This document shows positions 30,368-40,742 of a stretch of DNA of 64,000 nucleotides, one piece after another. The stretch spans positions 1-64,000 of the forward strand of contig CAVYVF010000007.1 of assembly GCA_963771885.1 (NCBI GenBank), read 5' to 3'. The DNA comes from Candidatus Bathyarchaeota archaeon (GTDB taxonomy: Archaea; Thermoproteota; Bathyarchaeia; TCS64). The position numbers and the translations under genes were made by a program. The first letter of the stretch is position 1; each line of letters starts with the position of its first letter. The notes under the pieces are model-generated. The model had not been told where the DNA came from, did not search any database, and saw nothing but the letters and a program-made list of their open reading frames with translations.

Positions 30368-31111
30368 CTACTCTCCGCCAGCCCAGGAGACCATGCGTCT
30401 CCAGAGCGTCGTGTAGCCCTCCCACTCCGCGAACTCCTTCGGGCACCAGTGGGGGCCTATGTCACTCGCCCACGCCACGACCCTGCCCTTGCCGTGCTCA
30501 CCAACTACTAGAAGCGGGTCAGAGCCGACCGTTGCAAGTATCTTGGCGCTACTCTTCGGCGTGAACCTGTTGTAGCCAAGCAGGTGGGGCCATGTCGGTG
30601 GCAGCCCCTTCGTGATCGGGTGGGCTATCACGGTCTTCCTCGCTTCCACGCCCTCGGGGCACTCCACGCGGTCGTCGTACGGCGTCATCTCGACGGGCAG
30701 CGCCTCCTCGACGGGGGAGCCGTGATACCTCGCCCACCCGTGTATCCCCTGGAAGCTCATGTAGCCACCCGCCATGATGAGTCCACCGCCCTCGCGGACG
30801 TATTCCTCGATGAGCCGGAGCCTGTTCGTTGTTCTCTCGCCGCCAACCCACGTCTTGGGATGAAGGAGGAAAGTATCCGCGCCTATGTCGCTGAGTATTA
30901 TGGCTGAGTAGCCGTGCAGCCCCTCAATTTCTAATGGGAAACCCGCCTGCGCCTCGTGTCCCGGCATGTGCACCCACTCTCCCCAGCCCTCCATCGCTCT
31001 CCTGAAGTAGGCGACGCCCGTGTCGTAGCCACCCGTTACGAAGCTGTCGAAGCCCTTGTAGTGCGTTGTGACGGCTGTCCAAGACTCGCCGACGAGTAGA
31101 ACTTTCCCCAA
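30368..31111 (-). CDS. Class I glutamine amidotransferase-like protein (DUF1355-like)
   Basis: LLVGESW, HYKGFD, LSDIGA, GGYMSFQG, SDIGPHW. Confidence 0.8.
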   Translation of the reverse strand: MGKVLLVGESWTAVTTHYKGFDSFVTGGYDTGVAYFRRAMEGWGEWVHMPGHEAQAGFPLEIEGLHGYSAIILSDIGADTFLLHPKTWVGGERTTNRLRLIEEYVREGGGLIMAGGYMSFQGIHGWARYHGSPVEEALPVEMTPYDDRVECPEGVEARKTVIAHPITKGLPPTWPHLLGYNRFTPKSSAKILATVGSDPLLVVGEHGKGRVVAWASDIGPHWCPKEFAEWEGYTTLWRRMVSWAGGE

Positions 31112-31171
31112 GATAACACCTGAGAATTAATACCCCTCGTGGGGTTAAAAAAACAAGGCCTGTTAAACCGG

Positions 31172-31441
31172 CTAGTCGCGTATGCCCTCGAGGACGCTGA
31201 TGGCGTTCCAGATACGCGTCCTGCTATACATGGGCATGTTCGGGTCCTGGCTGATGTCCTCTAGAAGCGCAATCGCGTTCGCGGCCCTCGCCGCGATACT
31301 GATGCTGCCGTCGAGAAGCATGTCGGACGACTGCTTCGCCGCCCTCCTGATGTTCCGGGGCGTCGTGTTATCGTCGGCAATCATGTTCAGAACGCTTTGA
31401 GCCTGCTGCAGTTTCTTCGCATACTCTTCCTTACTAGACAT
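31172..31441 (-). CDS. UPF0147 family protein
   Basis: D.TTPRNIRRAA, DPNMP.YSRT.IW. Confidence 0.9.
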   Translation of the reverse strand: MSSKEEYAKKLQQAQSVLNMIADDNTTPRNIRRAAKQSSDMLLDGSISIAARAANAIALLEDISQDPNMPMYSRTRIWNAISVLEGIRD

Positions 31442-31526
31442 AATCAACACCTCTACGGGGCACACCTTCTGTGCCCTGAATTGCCTCAATAGAGTCTGGG
31501 AGCGGTTAAAAAACCTTCCACTTCGA

Positions 31527-32285
31527 CTACGGGTCGTTCTCCTCGAGCCACGCGGGGATGTCGGCGACGCTTGGGAGGATGGTCTCGGGCTTGTTCACCT
31601 CCCAGGACCTCTCGGGGCGGGACCCAGTGGCCACCCCTACGAAGTGGCACTTCGCGTTCAGTGCGCACGTCGCGTCTATGTGGTGGTCGCCGACTAGGAA
31701 GAGTTCGTCGAGCCTGAGCTTCATCAGCTTGGCGGCGTGTATCATCGCCTCGGCGTATGGCTTGGGTTGCGGCGTCTCCCCCCTGCCGAGTATGAGCTCG
31801 AAGTCGCCGATCATGCCTGTCTTCTCGAGCGCCTTGACGGCGTACTCGTGGTGGCTCCGGGTGAGTATGGCGAGCCTGTAGCCCATACTCTTGAGCTTGT
31901 GCATGGTCTCCTCGGCGCCCTTTATTGCGGTTAGCGTTTCAACGGCTTCGAGTTCCCCCTGGTCCATGAGGCGCGTCATCTCATCCTCGAGCCACTGCTT
32001 CTCCACTTCAGTCTTCCTCTGCTCGGCCCAGTACTTCCTCGCGTTCTCGAGGACCACGACGGTGGTCATCTGAGGGGTGAGGACGCCTTTGGGGGCGCCG
32101 TGCTCCTCTAGCACAGCGATCATATTCCTCTTCATCTTGACAAAGTCGACCTCTGAGTTGACGAGCGTGCCGTCGAGGTCGAAGACTATGCCCTTGTACT
32201 TGCCCAAGTCGATCCCGGAACCATACGGTGAAGCGGACTTAACTTTTTTCACCGGCGGCGCCACGGGGGATTCGAGGGTGTACAT
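31527..32285 (-). CDS. HAD-family phosphatase (true start may be downstream)
   Basis: FDLDGTLV, ILTR, PKP, VGDH..D. Confidence 0.85.
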   Translation of the reverse strand: MYTLESPVAPPVKKVKSASPYGSGIDLGKYKGIVFDLDGTLVNSEVDFVKMKRNMIAVLEEHGAPKGVLTPQMTTVVVLENARKYWAEQRKTEVEKQWLEDEMTRLMDQGELEAVETLTAIKGAEETMHKLKSMGYRLAILTRSHHEYAVKALEKTGMIGDFELILGRGETPQPKPYAEAMIHAAKLMKLRLDELFLVGDHHIDATCALNAKCHFVGVATGSRPERSWEVNKPETILPSVADIPAWLEENDP

Positions 32286-32288
32286 TGG

Positions 32289-32495
32289 TTGAAGGTGCTC
32301 TGCAGAGAGTGCATGTGGGCAAAGGAGATCGACACCGAGACTCGCCTAGCCCTCGGGCAGGAGAACAAGGAGATACTAAACGCCCTTCTCCGCTCGCATT
32401 ACAGGATAACCGAGTTCCTCTACTGCACGAAGCAGGGCTGGCTCGAGTCTGCGATAACGGAGAAAGAGTGCGACGACTATGAATGTGTCAAATAG
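32289..32495 (+). CDS. Small Cys-rich hypothetical protein
   Basis: CREC...YCTK...EC..YEC, 68 aa. Confidence 0.5.
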   Translation: MKVLCRECMWAKEIDTETRLALGQENKEILNALLRSHYRITEFLYCTKQGWLESAITEKECDDYECVK

Positions 32496-32501
32496 TAAGC
32501 G

Positions 32502-33821
32502 TTAGCTCGACTGCGGCGCTTTCTTTCTCTTAAGGAAGCTGAAGCTGCTGAACCGCGCTGTGATTATCCTCTCAGTCGAGAATATCTTGGCCGCCACCCA
32601 CAGCACGACAACCGTGAAGACGCTGATGTAGGCGATGCTCCTGAAAATAAGCCAGTAGTTGCCGAGGAACGCAGCCTTGGTGGCGAGCATCGTGTGAGTG
32701 TAGGGGATGGCGAGCATGATCCACTGGATCGCTGGGGGCAGCATCTCGATGTCGCTGAACATTAGTATCATCGCCGGGATGATGAGCGGCACGATGAGGA
32801 CACCTGTGAGGCTCTGGGCACTGCGTACGCTGTCCGTGAAGACGGCGAGGCTTATCGCCAGGGCTAGCGCCGAGATGAGTGTCACGAACATCACCACACC
32901 GAGCAACGCGTAGCCGATGGGCTGAATGCCGATTCCCGCACCGGAGAGGTCGACGCTAGTCAGCCCTGGGGCGAAGCTGAAGGCGGAGCTGGTGTAGTAG
33001 CCGAAGCCGATCATGTAGCTGATCGAACCCGCGATGGCGATCACCACCGAGCCGGCTAGCTTGCCGCCGAGGATCGTGAACCTGCCCACGGGCAGCGTCA
33101 TCAGCGTCTCAAGCGTCTTCTGCTCCTTCTCGAGGGCGATGCTCGTCGCGGCCATCTGGATGGCGAATATTATCATCATCATGACCATGAGGGGGAGCAT
33201 TATGCTCTGGCTTACGATGAGACTCGTGATTTGGTTCGGGGCGACCTCGACGACATTACCCTTGATAATTGACGCGTAGCTTACTGAGACGGGGTCGTGG
33301 ACGATTGCTGGGCTGCCGAGTTCACCGGTGACGTCCATGAGCTGCTGAATTATAGCAAGGGAGTAGTAATAGTTGTAAATGCTCACGAGGCTACCTGCAA
33401 CATCGGTGCCGGATGCCTCGGCGATGTTCAAGTTCTTTAGGTTCCCATATATCTTCACCCGGCCCCGAAGCCCATCCGTCACATTCTGTGAGTAGCCGTC
33501 GGGGACGTAGACGAGGGCGACCGAGTCCGAGTCCTTAAACTTGACAAGGGCATCCCCGAGACTCGACGCTTGAATTGTTGTGACAGTATTATTCGTCGTT
33601 ATGTACTGGACGAAGACGCCCGCAAGGCCACCTGCATCGTCGCTGTAGACAGAGAACTTTGCACCCATGATAGCGGTTTGGACGGACTGCTGGCTGATCT
33701 GTAGTCCCTGCCCCATGAGTGGGTATAGGAGGAGGGGAAGCAGGACGACGCCGAAAAGTATCTTCGGGTCCCTGATCAGCTCCTTGATCTCCTTGTAGAC
33801 TATGCTAGTGAAGCTACCTAA
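32502..33821 (-). CDS. ABC-2 type permease (NatB-like)
   Basis: Frame extends upstream to LGSFTSIVYKEIKELIRDPK; EKEQKTLETLMTLP, GKL motif. Confidence 0.88.
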   Translation of the reverse strand, partial: LGSFTSIVYKEIKELIRDPKILFGVVLLPLLLYPLMGQGLQISQQSVQTAIMGAKFSVYSDDAGGLAGVFVQYITTNNTVTTIQASSLGDALVKFKDSDSVALVYVPDGYSQNVTDGLRGRVKIYGNLKNLNIAEASGTDVAGSLVSIYNYYYSLAIIQQLMDVTGELGSPAIVHDPVSVSYASIIKGNVVEVAPNQITSLIVSQSIMLPLMVMMMIIFAIQMAATSIALEKEQKTLETLMTLPVGRFTILGGKLAGSVVIAIAGSISYMIGFGYYTSSAFSFAPGLTSVDLSGAGIGIQPIGYALLGVVMFVTLISALALAISLAVFTDSVRSAQSLTGVLIVPLIIPAMILMFSDIEMLPPAIQWIMLAIPYTHTMLATKAAFLGNYWLIFRSIAYISVFTVVVLWVAAKIFSTERIITARFSSFSFLKRKKAPQSS

Positions 33822-34545
33822 GGTGTGTCGCCTCCATGAACGCCTGTTCGAGGTTCACCGCGTTGTAGCGCGCCTTGAGCTCCTCCGGTGTGCCCTCAGA
33901 GATGATCTTGCCCTCGTTTATGAGGGCGACCCTGTCGCAGAGGTACTCTACCTCGAGCATGTTATGGCTCGATACGAGTATGGTGACGCCCATCTTCTTG
34001 GCATAGTCTTTGATCATGCCGCGAACGTGGTAAGCCTGGATGACATCTAAGCCTGAGGTGGGCTCGTCGAGTATGGCGAGCTTGGGTTTTATCATTAGGG
34101 CGCGGGCGATTAGAAGGCGCCTCTTCATGCCTCTGCTGTAGCCGTTCACTCTGTCCTTGAGGCGCTCCTCGAGGCCGCTGATCTCCCTCCCTGCTTGTAC
34201 CATCTCCTCTATGACTGCCTTGTCGCGCGCGTAGAAGCCAGCCATGAAATTGAGGTACTCCTCGCCGGTGAGGTACTGGTAAGCCCCAGCATCCTCGGGC
34301 AGGTAACTTAGTATCTTACGAATATCGTCGGCTCCCTTCACGACATCATTTCCGAAGACCTGCGCAGAGCCCGAGCTTGGGCTTATGAGTGTACCGAGTA
34401 TCCTGAGCGTCGTGGTCTTGCCGGCGCCATTGGGTCCTATTAGCCCAAATATCTGGTTCTCCTCGACGGAGAAGCTCGTGCCCTTTAGTGCCTCGAAGTC
34501 TCCGAAGCTCTTCTTGAGGTCACGAACATCTATGGCGGCTCCCAT
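33814..34545 (-). CDS. ABC transporter ATP-binding protein (NatA-like)
   Basis: GPNGAGKTT, YSRGM, LDEPTSGLD, SSH. Confidence 0.93.
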   Translation of the reverse strand: MGAAIDVRDLKKSFGDFEALKGTSFSVEENQIFGLIGPNGAGKTTTLRILGTLISPSSGSAQVFGNDVVKGADDIRKILSYLPEDAGAYQYLTGEEYLNFMAGFYARDKAVIEEMVQAGREISGLEERLKDRVNGYSRGMKRRLLIARALMIKPKLAILDEPTSGLDVIQAYHVRGMIKDYAKKMGVTILVSSHNMLEVEYLCDRVALINEGKIISEGTPEELKARYNAVNLEQAFMEATHLR

Positions 34546-34841
34546 TAAATCCCTCTCTCAGAGCCCAGAGCAGGGTAGCCGATTTAAAGTTACCTTGAAC
34601 GAGTCCCAAACGGATTTCCTCGCTAAAATTCTATGAAAACAGGGAAAACCGGAAATTGGAGATGAGGGCTATAAACTTCTTTTTCTTCATGAAATGATTT
34701 AACTCTTGAACCATCGACGATCCTGCCCCTCCGGGATGATAGGGTCGTATATTGGGTACAATTCCCCAGCTTTGGCTTTAAGCGGTTTATGGGTGTCTGT
34801 TTTAAACGGTGTGGGCGTAGCCTTTACGGAGAGTGTCCTGA

Positions 34842-36191
34842 TTGAAGGTGGATCTTGTCGTTAGGAACGCGAGGATCGTTTCGCCTCGCGGGATCGTGGA
34901 GGGTGGGTTGGCGGTCGAAGGCGGCGTGGTTGTCGCTGTAGCTAAAGACTCGCATCTCCCCGAGGGTGACCGAGTAATAGACGCGGGTGGAAAGCACATA
35001 CTACCCGGGGTTCTCGACGGGCACGCCCACACCTATCTTCCCCCGGAGACGCCATCAACGGGTACACGCGCCGCCGCCAAGGGCGGAGTCACGACACTCC
35101 TCGAGATGCCGGGGACGCAGATGGGGTGCTTCAGTCCCGCCGAGTTCGAGAAAAAACGCGATCTCTTCAAAGCGACTAGCCACGTCGACTTCTGTATACA
35201 CGCTGGCTGCGCCAGCGGCTACCCCGACGGCAATCTCACCTCCATGTACGGACAGGGAGCGACGGGGTTCAAGTTCTTCATAAGTAGCGCAGGTCCCAAG
35301 TGGCCTCAGACATTCGATGGGGAGGTACTTGATCGCTTCGCCGAGATAGCACGCTTCGGCGGCCTCGCTCTTATCCACTCCGAGAACGACGCCATCCTCC
35401 GAGACAACTTCAAGAGACTCCAGACAGATGGGCGCAAGGACTTCGCCGCCCACCTGGAGCACAGGCCGCCTATTAGCGAGATAGAGTCTGGGCAGAGGAT
35501 GATCACCTTCCTCAGGGCGACGGGCTGCAGGGGGATGCTCGTCCACACGAGCCTGCCCGAGGTCGTCGAGGACGTGCACAAGGCGCGCCTCGACGGGGTC
35601 AGGGTGCTCACGGAGACGTGCCCTCAGTACCTCTATCTCACAGACGAGGACGTGGTGAGAAACGGGCCGTGGAACAAGTTCGCCCCGCCTGCTCGGGGAA
35701 AGGAGGACAAGGCGGCGATTAGGCGGATGCTCGCCGACGGGCACATCGACTCCGTAGCCACGGACCACGCCCCCTACTCGAAGGAGAGGAAGCTGGAGGG
35801 GATGAACGACATTTTCGCCGCTCCCAACGGGATGCCGGGGCTTGAGACCTTTATACATTTGATGCTCAACGGCGTCAGCGATGGCTGGATAACCCTTGAG
35901 CGCCTCGCCGCCGTGATGGCAGAGAACCCCGCGCGTATTTATGGCATCTATCCTAAGAAGGGGGCCCTCGTTCCAGGCGCTGATGCCGACATGGTCATCT
36001 GTGACATGAAGAAGGTGACCAAGATCAGGAACGACGACCAGATTACCGCCTGTGGTTGGACGCCGTACGACGGCATGACCGTTAAGGGTGCCCCCGTGAT
36101 GTCGATAATCAGGGGCGAGGTCTCCATGGAGGACGGCGCCGTCCATGTCAAAGAGGGCAGCGGCGCCTTCGTCCCCCGAAGCTCGGTCTAA
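34842..36191 (+). CDS. Cyclic amidohydrolase (allantoinase/dihydroorotase/hydantoinase family), paralog 1
   Basis: DGHAH, GGVTT..EMP, GFKFF, IHSEN, VHTS, ETCPQYL, TDHAP. Confidence 0.88.
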   Translation: MKVDLVVRNARIVSPRGIVEGGLAVEGGVVVAVAKDSHLPEGDRVIDAGGKHILPGVLDGHAHTYLPPETPSTGTRAAAKGGVTTLLEMPGTQMGCFSPAEFEKKRDLFKATSHVDFCIHAGCASGYPDGNLTSMYGQGATGFKFFISSAGPKWPQTFDGEVLDRFAEIARFGGLALIHSENDAILRDNFKRLQTDGRKDFAAHLEHRPPISEIESGQRMITFLRATGCRGMLVHTSLPEVVEDVHKARLDGVRVLTETCPQYLYLTDEDVVRNGPWNKFAPPARGKEDKAAIRRMLADGHIDSVATDHAPYSKERKLEGMNDIFAAPNGMPGLETFIHLMLNGVSDGWITLERLAAVMAENPARIYGIYPKKGALVPGADADMVICDMKKVTKIRNDDQITACGWTPYDGMTVKGAPVMSIIRGEVSMEDGAVHVKEGSGAFVPRSSV

Positions 36192-36230
36192 AATCTTTTA
36201 CCCACATCAGCCCTTGATCCATCGACAGCC

Positions 36231-37576
36231 TTGACCGTAGACCTCGTCATCTCTAACGCCAAGCTCGTCACCCCACGCGGCATCGTCGAGGGAGGCGTCG
36301 CCATAGACGGTGGAGTGATCGTCGCCGTAGCGAAGGACCCACACCTGCCTCGAGCCGACAGGGTGATAGACGCGAAGGGACGCCCCGTTCTCCCCGGGCT
36401 CCTCGACGGGCACCCGCACACAACCAGTCCCCCCGACACTCCCCTCACTGGAACGCGAGCGGCGGCGAGAGGCGGATTCACGACGCTGCTGGAGATGCCC
36501 GGATACCAAGTGCCTACTTTCACCCCCGAGCAGTTCGAGGAGAAGCGCAGGATCTATGAGAGGGACGCCTTCGTCGATTTCGCCCTCCACGGCGCGTGCG
36601 CCTCAGGGTACCCGCGGGGATCGCTGACGGGGATGTGGAAGCTCGGCGCAACTGGTATCAAGTTCTTCGTCTCCGACCCTGGCCCGGTTGGCCCCAGACT
36701 TTCGACGGCGAGATAATCGAGGGCTTCAAGGAGCTCGCAGCGGTCGACGGACTCGCCCTGATACATGCCGAGAACGATCAGATGATAAAGGACAACACGA
36801 GGCGCCTCAAGACGGAGGATAGAAGGGACTACGCCGCCCACCTCGACGCGCGACCACCGATAGCAGAGATCGAGGCGGGCAAGAGGATAATCGAGTACCT
36901 GAAACTCACTGGATGCAGGGGCGTTATAGTCCACACGGGCGTCCCCGAGACCATCGACTACGCCCGAAGGGCGAGGATCGAGGGCGCGGACGTATACATC
37001 GAGACATGCCCACAGTACCTCTTCCTAACCGAGGACCACGTCAAGAAGCTCGGCCCGTGGGCAAAGTTCGCACCCCCCGCGAGGAGCAAGGAGACCGCCG
37101 CGGAGATAATGAGGCTGCTCGCCGCGGGGCACATAGATACTTTGGCGACAGATCACGCCCCGTACCCGAAGGAGGAAAAGGAGGCCGGCCTTAAGGACAT
37201 GCTCGCGGCGCCGAACGGCATACCCGGATTGGAGACATTCCTGCCTCTGATGCTCAACGCCGTCAATGAGGGATGGCTCACGCTGGAGAGGCTCGTCGAG
37301 GTGACGGCGGAGAACCCCGCGAAGATATACAGGGTCTGGCCGAGGAAGGGCAGCTTCACGCCCGGGGCAGACGGCGACGCCGTGATCGTCGACATGAAGA
37401 AAGAGATGCACGTGAGTAACGACGATCTGCTCACCGCCTGCCACTGGTCGCCCTACGACGGTTGGAGACTCAAAGGCGTGCCGGTGATGTCCCTGATCCG
37501 AGGCCAGGTCGTGATGGAGGATGGCGAGGTCATCGCCAAGAAAGGCTCTGGAAAATTTGTGTCGAGGATCGACTAG
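36231..37576 (+). CDS. Cyclic amidohydrolase paralog 2, frameshift near 36687
   Basis: Same motifs; the frames join at SDPGP|GWPQTFDGE. Confidence 0.85.
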
Positions 37577-38070
37577 CGCCGCGGCTTCCTCTTCAATTCT
37601 GTCCCGCAGATGGGGCAGACGTTGTCCTCCTGCGGGGATTCGAACTTTCTCCTGCAGCCGGGGCAGTAGATGACCCATTCGTAGACCCGTTTTATGCCCC
37701 TCGTCGCTTGAGCGGCGAACCTCAGTCCGAGGCGAGACGCCATGTTCTGGACTGAGTAGTCGTCGGAAACGATCGTCGGGACATCACCCTGAGACTTTAA
37801 TTGAAGCCCGAGGGCGAGCAACCGCTTGTCGGTGTCCGAGAGCTTGTGCGCCTCCCCCGATAGAGTGGCTTTTACCTCGATCTCAGCGACCCACTTCTCC
37901 TCCGGCTGAGTCTCCCTGAGCCTACCCGACGACCGTGCACCCTCATACCTCATCCTGCCCAGCTCCTCCCTGATCTCACCTAGGACCTCGGAGACTGTGT
38001 AATAGTCCTCCTCGGGGCTTAGGTTGTACCCCTGTATAAAGGCGGACGTGTCGAGAATTACACGCCTCAA
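37573..38070 (-). CDS. nob1: Nob1 PIN-domain endonuclease
   Basis: ILDTSAFI, LSDTD, SDDYSVQN, CPGC...CPICG. Confidence 0.92.
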   Translation of the reverse strand: MRRVILDTSAFIQGYNLSPEEDYYTVSEVLGEIREELGRMRYEGARSSGRLRETQPEEKWVAEIEVKATLSGEAHKLSDTDKRLLALGLQLKSQGDVPTIVSDDYSVQNMASRLGLRFAAQATRGIKRVYEWVIYCPGCRRKFESPQEDNVCPICGTELKRKPRR

Positions 38071-38076
38071 TGCCGC

Positions 38077-38913
38077 TCACTGCGCCTGTATGTGCGTAAT
38101 GCGGCTTCTCAGCCTCTCGTAGAAGGGCTTGAAGCGTATGAAGCGGGTCTTATTATTCGAGACCTCTATCTCTATGGTCGAGAGTGCCTTGATGCCGGTG
38201 TAAACTTTGCCGTCTACTATTGCGAGGGCGTCTGCCCTCGGCTTGCGTAGTTCAACGGTGACCTTGGAGCCGACTGGGAGGGTTATGCTACGGAAGTAAC
38301 TGTAGGGGTTGATGGCAGTGAGTATCATGGCGTCGACGCCGGGAGCGAGGATGGAACCGCCCGCCGAGAGGTTGTACGCGGTTGAACCCGTCGGTGTCGC
38401 CACGAGTATACCGTCCGCCTGTATTTCCGTCAGTTGCTCACCGTCGATGAGGAGTCTGCAGAGTATCATCTTCGAGGGGAGGCTCGATGAGATGAGGACC
38501 TCGTTGAGGGAGTCTGGGAAGTCCTCCTTTTTGCCGCAGTCGCGGCTGCGGAGCTTGAGGCAGTTCTCTAACACGTAATCTCCCTTGATAGTTCTGTCGA
38601 TTGCGAGCTCGACCTCGTCCTTGTGAACCTCGCAGAGGAAGCCCCTGCGCCCCATGTTGACGCCGAGGAGAGGAGTGTCGGGGAATTTTAGCCCCATAGC
38701 GACCCTGAGTATTGTGCCGTCGCCCCCTATGGCGACTATGAAGTCGGCCTCGATGTCCGTGAGGTCGACTGTCTCGGCGTCAAGCTCCAATGCCATCGCC
38801 GTCTCGGTCTCGACCAGGACCTCGACGCCCTTCTCCTCCAGAAGCTGTATGACACGTCGAGTGACTGGGAAGACCGCGTCTATGTCGGTTCTGGAGACGA
38901 CGCCAACCCTCAT
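38077..38913 (-). CDS. nadK: NAD kinase
   Basis: GGDGT, G.RGFL, LNE, DG..VATPTGSTAYNLSAGG. Confidence 0.94.
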   Translation of the reverse strand: MRVGVVSRTDIDAVFPVTRRVIQLLEEKGVEVLVETETAMALELDAETVDLTDIEADFIVAIGGDGTILRVAMGLKFPDTPLLGVNMGRRGFLCEVHKDEVELAIDRTIKGDYVLENCLKLRSRDCGKKEDFPDSLNEVLISSSLPSKMILCRLLIDGEQLTEIQADGILVATPTGSTAYNLSAGGSILAPGVDAMILTAINPYSYFRSITLPVGSKVTVELRKPRADALAIVDGKVYTGIKALSTIEIEVSNNKTRFIRFKPFYERLRSRITHIQAQ

Positions 38914-39023
38914 GGAGATTCAACTCAAGAGTCTCCCGGCGCTGATTTAAAGACTCACCGGCACGCAGGGGAGAGTTGAGCCACCGGTATTAACCAGTGA
39001 GTGTGAAAAAACTGAGAAAACGT

Positions 39024-40175
39024 TTAGACGATGATGCCTGCAGCGCGTAGCTCCGCGAGCTTAGCATCGTCGTAGCCGAGGAGGCCCTTGAGGACCTCAT
39101 CGTTGTGCTCCCCGAGGAGCGGAGCGGGCGCTTTAATCTGTGGTGGCGTCACGCTGTACTTTACGGGGTGCTGTGGTACGACGAACTTACCGGCGAGCTT
39201 GTGGTCGAGCTGGACGACGCTGTTCCTCGCCTTGACCTGTGGGTCCTCGAGCATGTCTGGGATATGGTTGACTGGTGCACAGGGCACGGCGTTCGCCGCG
39301 AGGATGTTGATAGCGTCTGCGGCGGTCTGTCCCTCTGCCCACTTCTTAAAGACGTCACTGCCCTCCTCGATCTCATCGACGCCGATCGCCTTCATGACAC
39401 GGCCGTCCATGTTCTGATCGGCGGCGACGTAGATGTACTTGTCATCCTTCGCCTTGAAGAAGCCCCATGCGCCGATGCCCTTGCGAGCCGCACGAGTGAC
39501 CCAGGGGAGCTTGCCGCTCAGGCTGTAGCTCGCGATGTCGACGCCATTCTGGGCGATCATGACATCGAGCTGCGCCACGTCTAGGAGTTGCCCTTCACCC
39601 GTCCTGTCGCGGTGACGTAGTGCGCCTAAGATTGCGATGGTGGCGAAGAGGCCGGGGTCGAGGTCGCCGTGATACTCAGCGGGGACGATCGGCGGCCCAT
39701 TGGGGTCAACGTTGTCGCCAGTTAGGCGGTGCCAACCACTCTCGCTCTCTGCGATGGGTGCAAAGCTGGTACGATCTTTGAAGGGGCCGTCGAGGCCGAA
39801 GCCACTCAGGCTTGCGTATATGATGTCGGGCTTCACAGCCTTTAGCTGCTCGTAGCCGAGGCCGAGTTTGTCCATCGTGCCGCGCTTGAAGTTCTCGACG
39901 ACGACGTCGCTCTTCTTGGCGAGTTCCTTGACGATGTCGAGTGCCTTGGGGTCCTTTAGGTTGAAAGCGAGGCCCTTCTTGTTCCTATTGAGGTAGTGGA
40001 AGCTGGCGCTAGCGCCTCCGTAGAGGTTTGTGCCGAGCCTGTTTATCTCACCCCACGGGGGCTCGACCTTGAGCACCTCTGCGCCCATGTCCGCGAGGAT
40101 CATGGTTGAGTATGGTCCGAAGAATACGTGTCCGAAGTCGAGGATGCGTACGCCCTCGAGCATGCCTTTACCCAT
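39024..40175 (-). CDS. CaiB/BaiF class III CoA-transferase
   Basis: LEGVRILD, LADMGAEVLKVE, NRNKK, ENFKRG, SGFG..GP, APLLGEH; ATG at 40175. Confidence 0.92.
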   Translation of the reverse strand: MGKGMLEGVRILDFGHVFFGPYSTMILADMGAEVLKVEPPWGEINRLGTNLYGGASASFHYLNRNKKGLAFNLKDPKALDIVKELAKKSDVVVENFKRGTMDKLGLGYEQLKAVKPDIIYASLSGFGLDGPFKDRTSFAPIAESESGWHRLTGDNVDPNGPPIVPAEYHGDLDPGLFATIAILGALRHRDRTGEGQLLDVAQLDVMIAQNGVDIASYSLSGKLPWVTRAARKGIGAWGFFKAKDDKYIYVAADQNMDGRVMKAIGVDEIEEGSDVFKKWAEGQTAADAINILAANAVPCAPVNHIPDMLEDPQVKARNSVVQLDHKLAGKFVVPQHPVKYSVTPPQIKAPAPLLGEHNDEVLKGLLGYDDAKLAELRAAGIIV

Positions 40176-40224
40176 ATTCGAATCCTGTTGAAGAGACTGG
40201 CGGAGCGGATAAATCTTGTGCGGT

Positions 40225-40710
40225 CTAGGGCTTCGTCTCCCAGATTCTGTCGCCGACGTAGTGGAGGTTGTGTATGACTTTGCCCTTCTTCTCAGCCAAG
40301 ATGGCAGCGGAGCCACGCAGTGCCTTTCCTATGGCGAGTGCCTTGCCGTACTTCACGTCGCGGACTACGACGAGGGTACCCTCCTCGAACGGCGTCTTGA
40401 TATCCGTTATTCCTGGGGCCATGACGTCAGCACCCTTGCATACGAATGGAATCGCTCCCATGTCGACGACGACCGCCGGCAGGGAGTCAACACACTTACA
40501 CCTTAGTGTCGGGTAGATGCTCCCCTCGACGGCGAACAGTAGAATCTCGTCGTCCAGTAGGTAGATGCGGGCGTTGTCCTCCGTCTCCGCCTCCTCAACC
40601 TTCGTGTATGTCATACCTTGTAGATACTTCGCTGCGCCTTCGAGGACCGTCCGAGCGTCCTGCCTCCTGAGGGCGCGCCTCTTCCTAACCTTGAGCCCGG
40701 AATCACTCAT
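40225..40710 (-). CDS. PUA-domain RNA-binding protein (DUF1947/MCT-1-like)
   Basis: PTL, VVDMGAIPFVCKGADVMAPGI, GKVIHNLHYVGD. Confidence 0.88.
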   Translation of the reverse strand: MSDSGLKVRKRRALRRQDARTVLEGAAKYLQGMTYTKVEEAETEDNARIYLLDDEILLFAVEGSIYPTLRCKCVDSLPAVVVDMGAIPFVCKGADVMAPGITDIKTPFEEGTLVVVRDVKYGKALAIGKALRGSAAILAEKKGKVIHNLHYVGDRIWETKP

Positions 40711-40742
40711 CGGGTGAGAATAAGCCGCGGAGGATAAGAAGT

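Noticed and set aside
35055..36146. Long antisense ORFs (363 aa here; also 13824..14507, 37025..37678, 55849..56424)
   Set aside because: Shadow frames of well-supported GC-rich genes, with no recognisable motifs.
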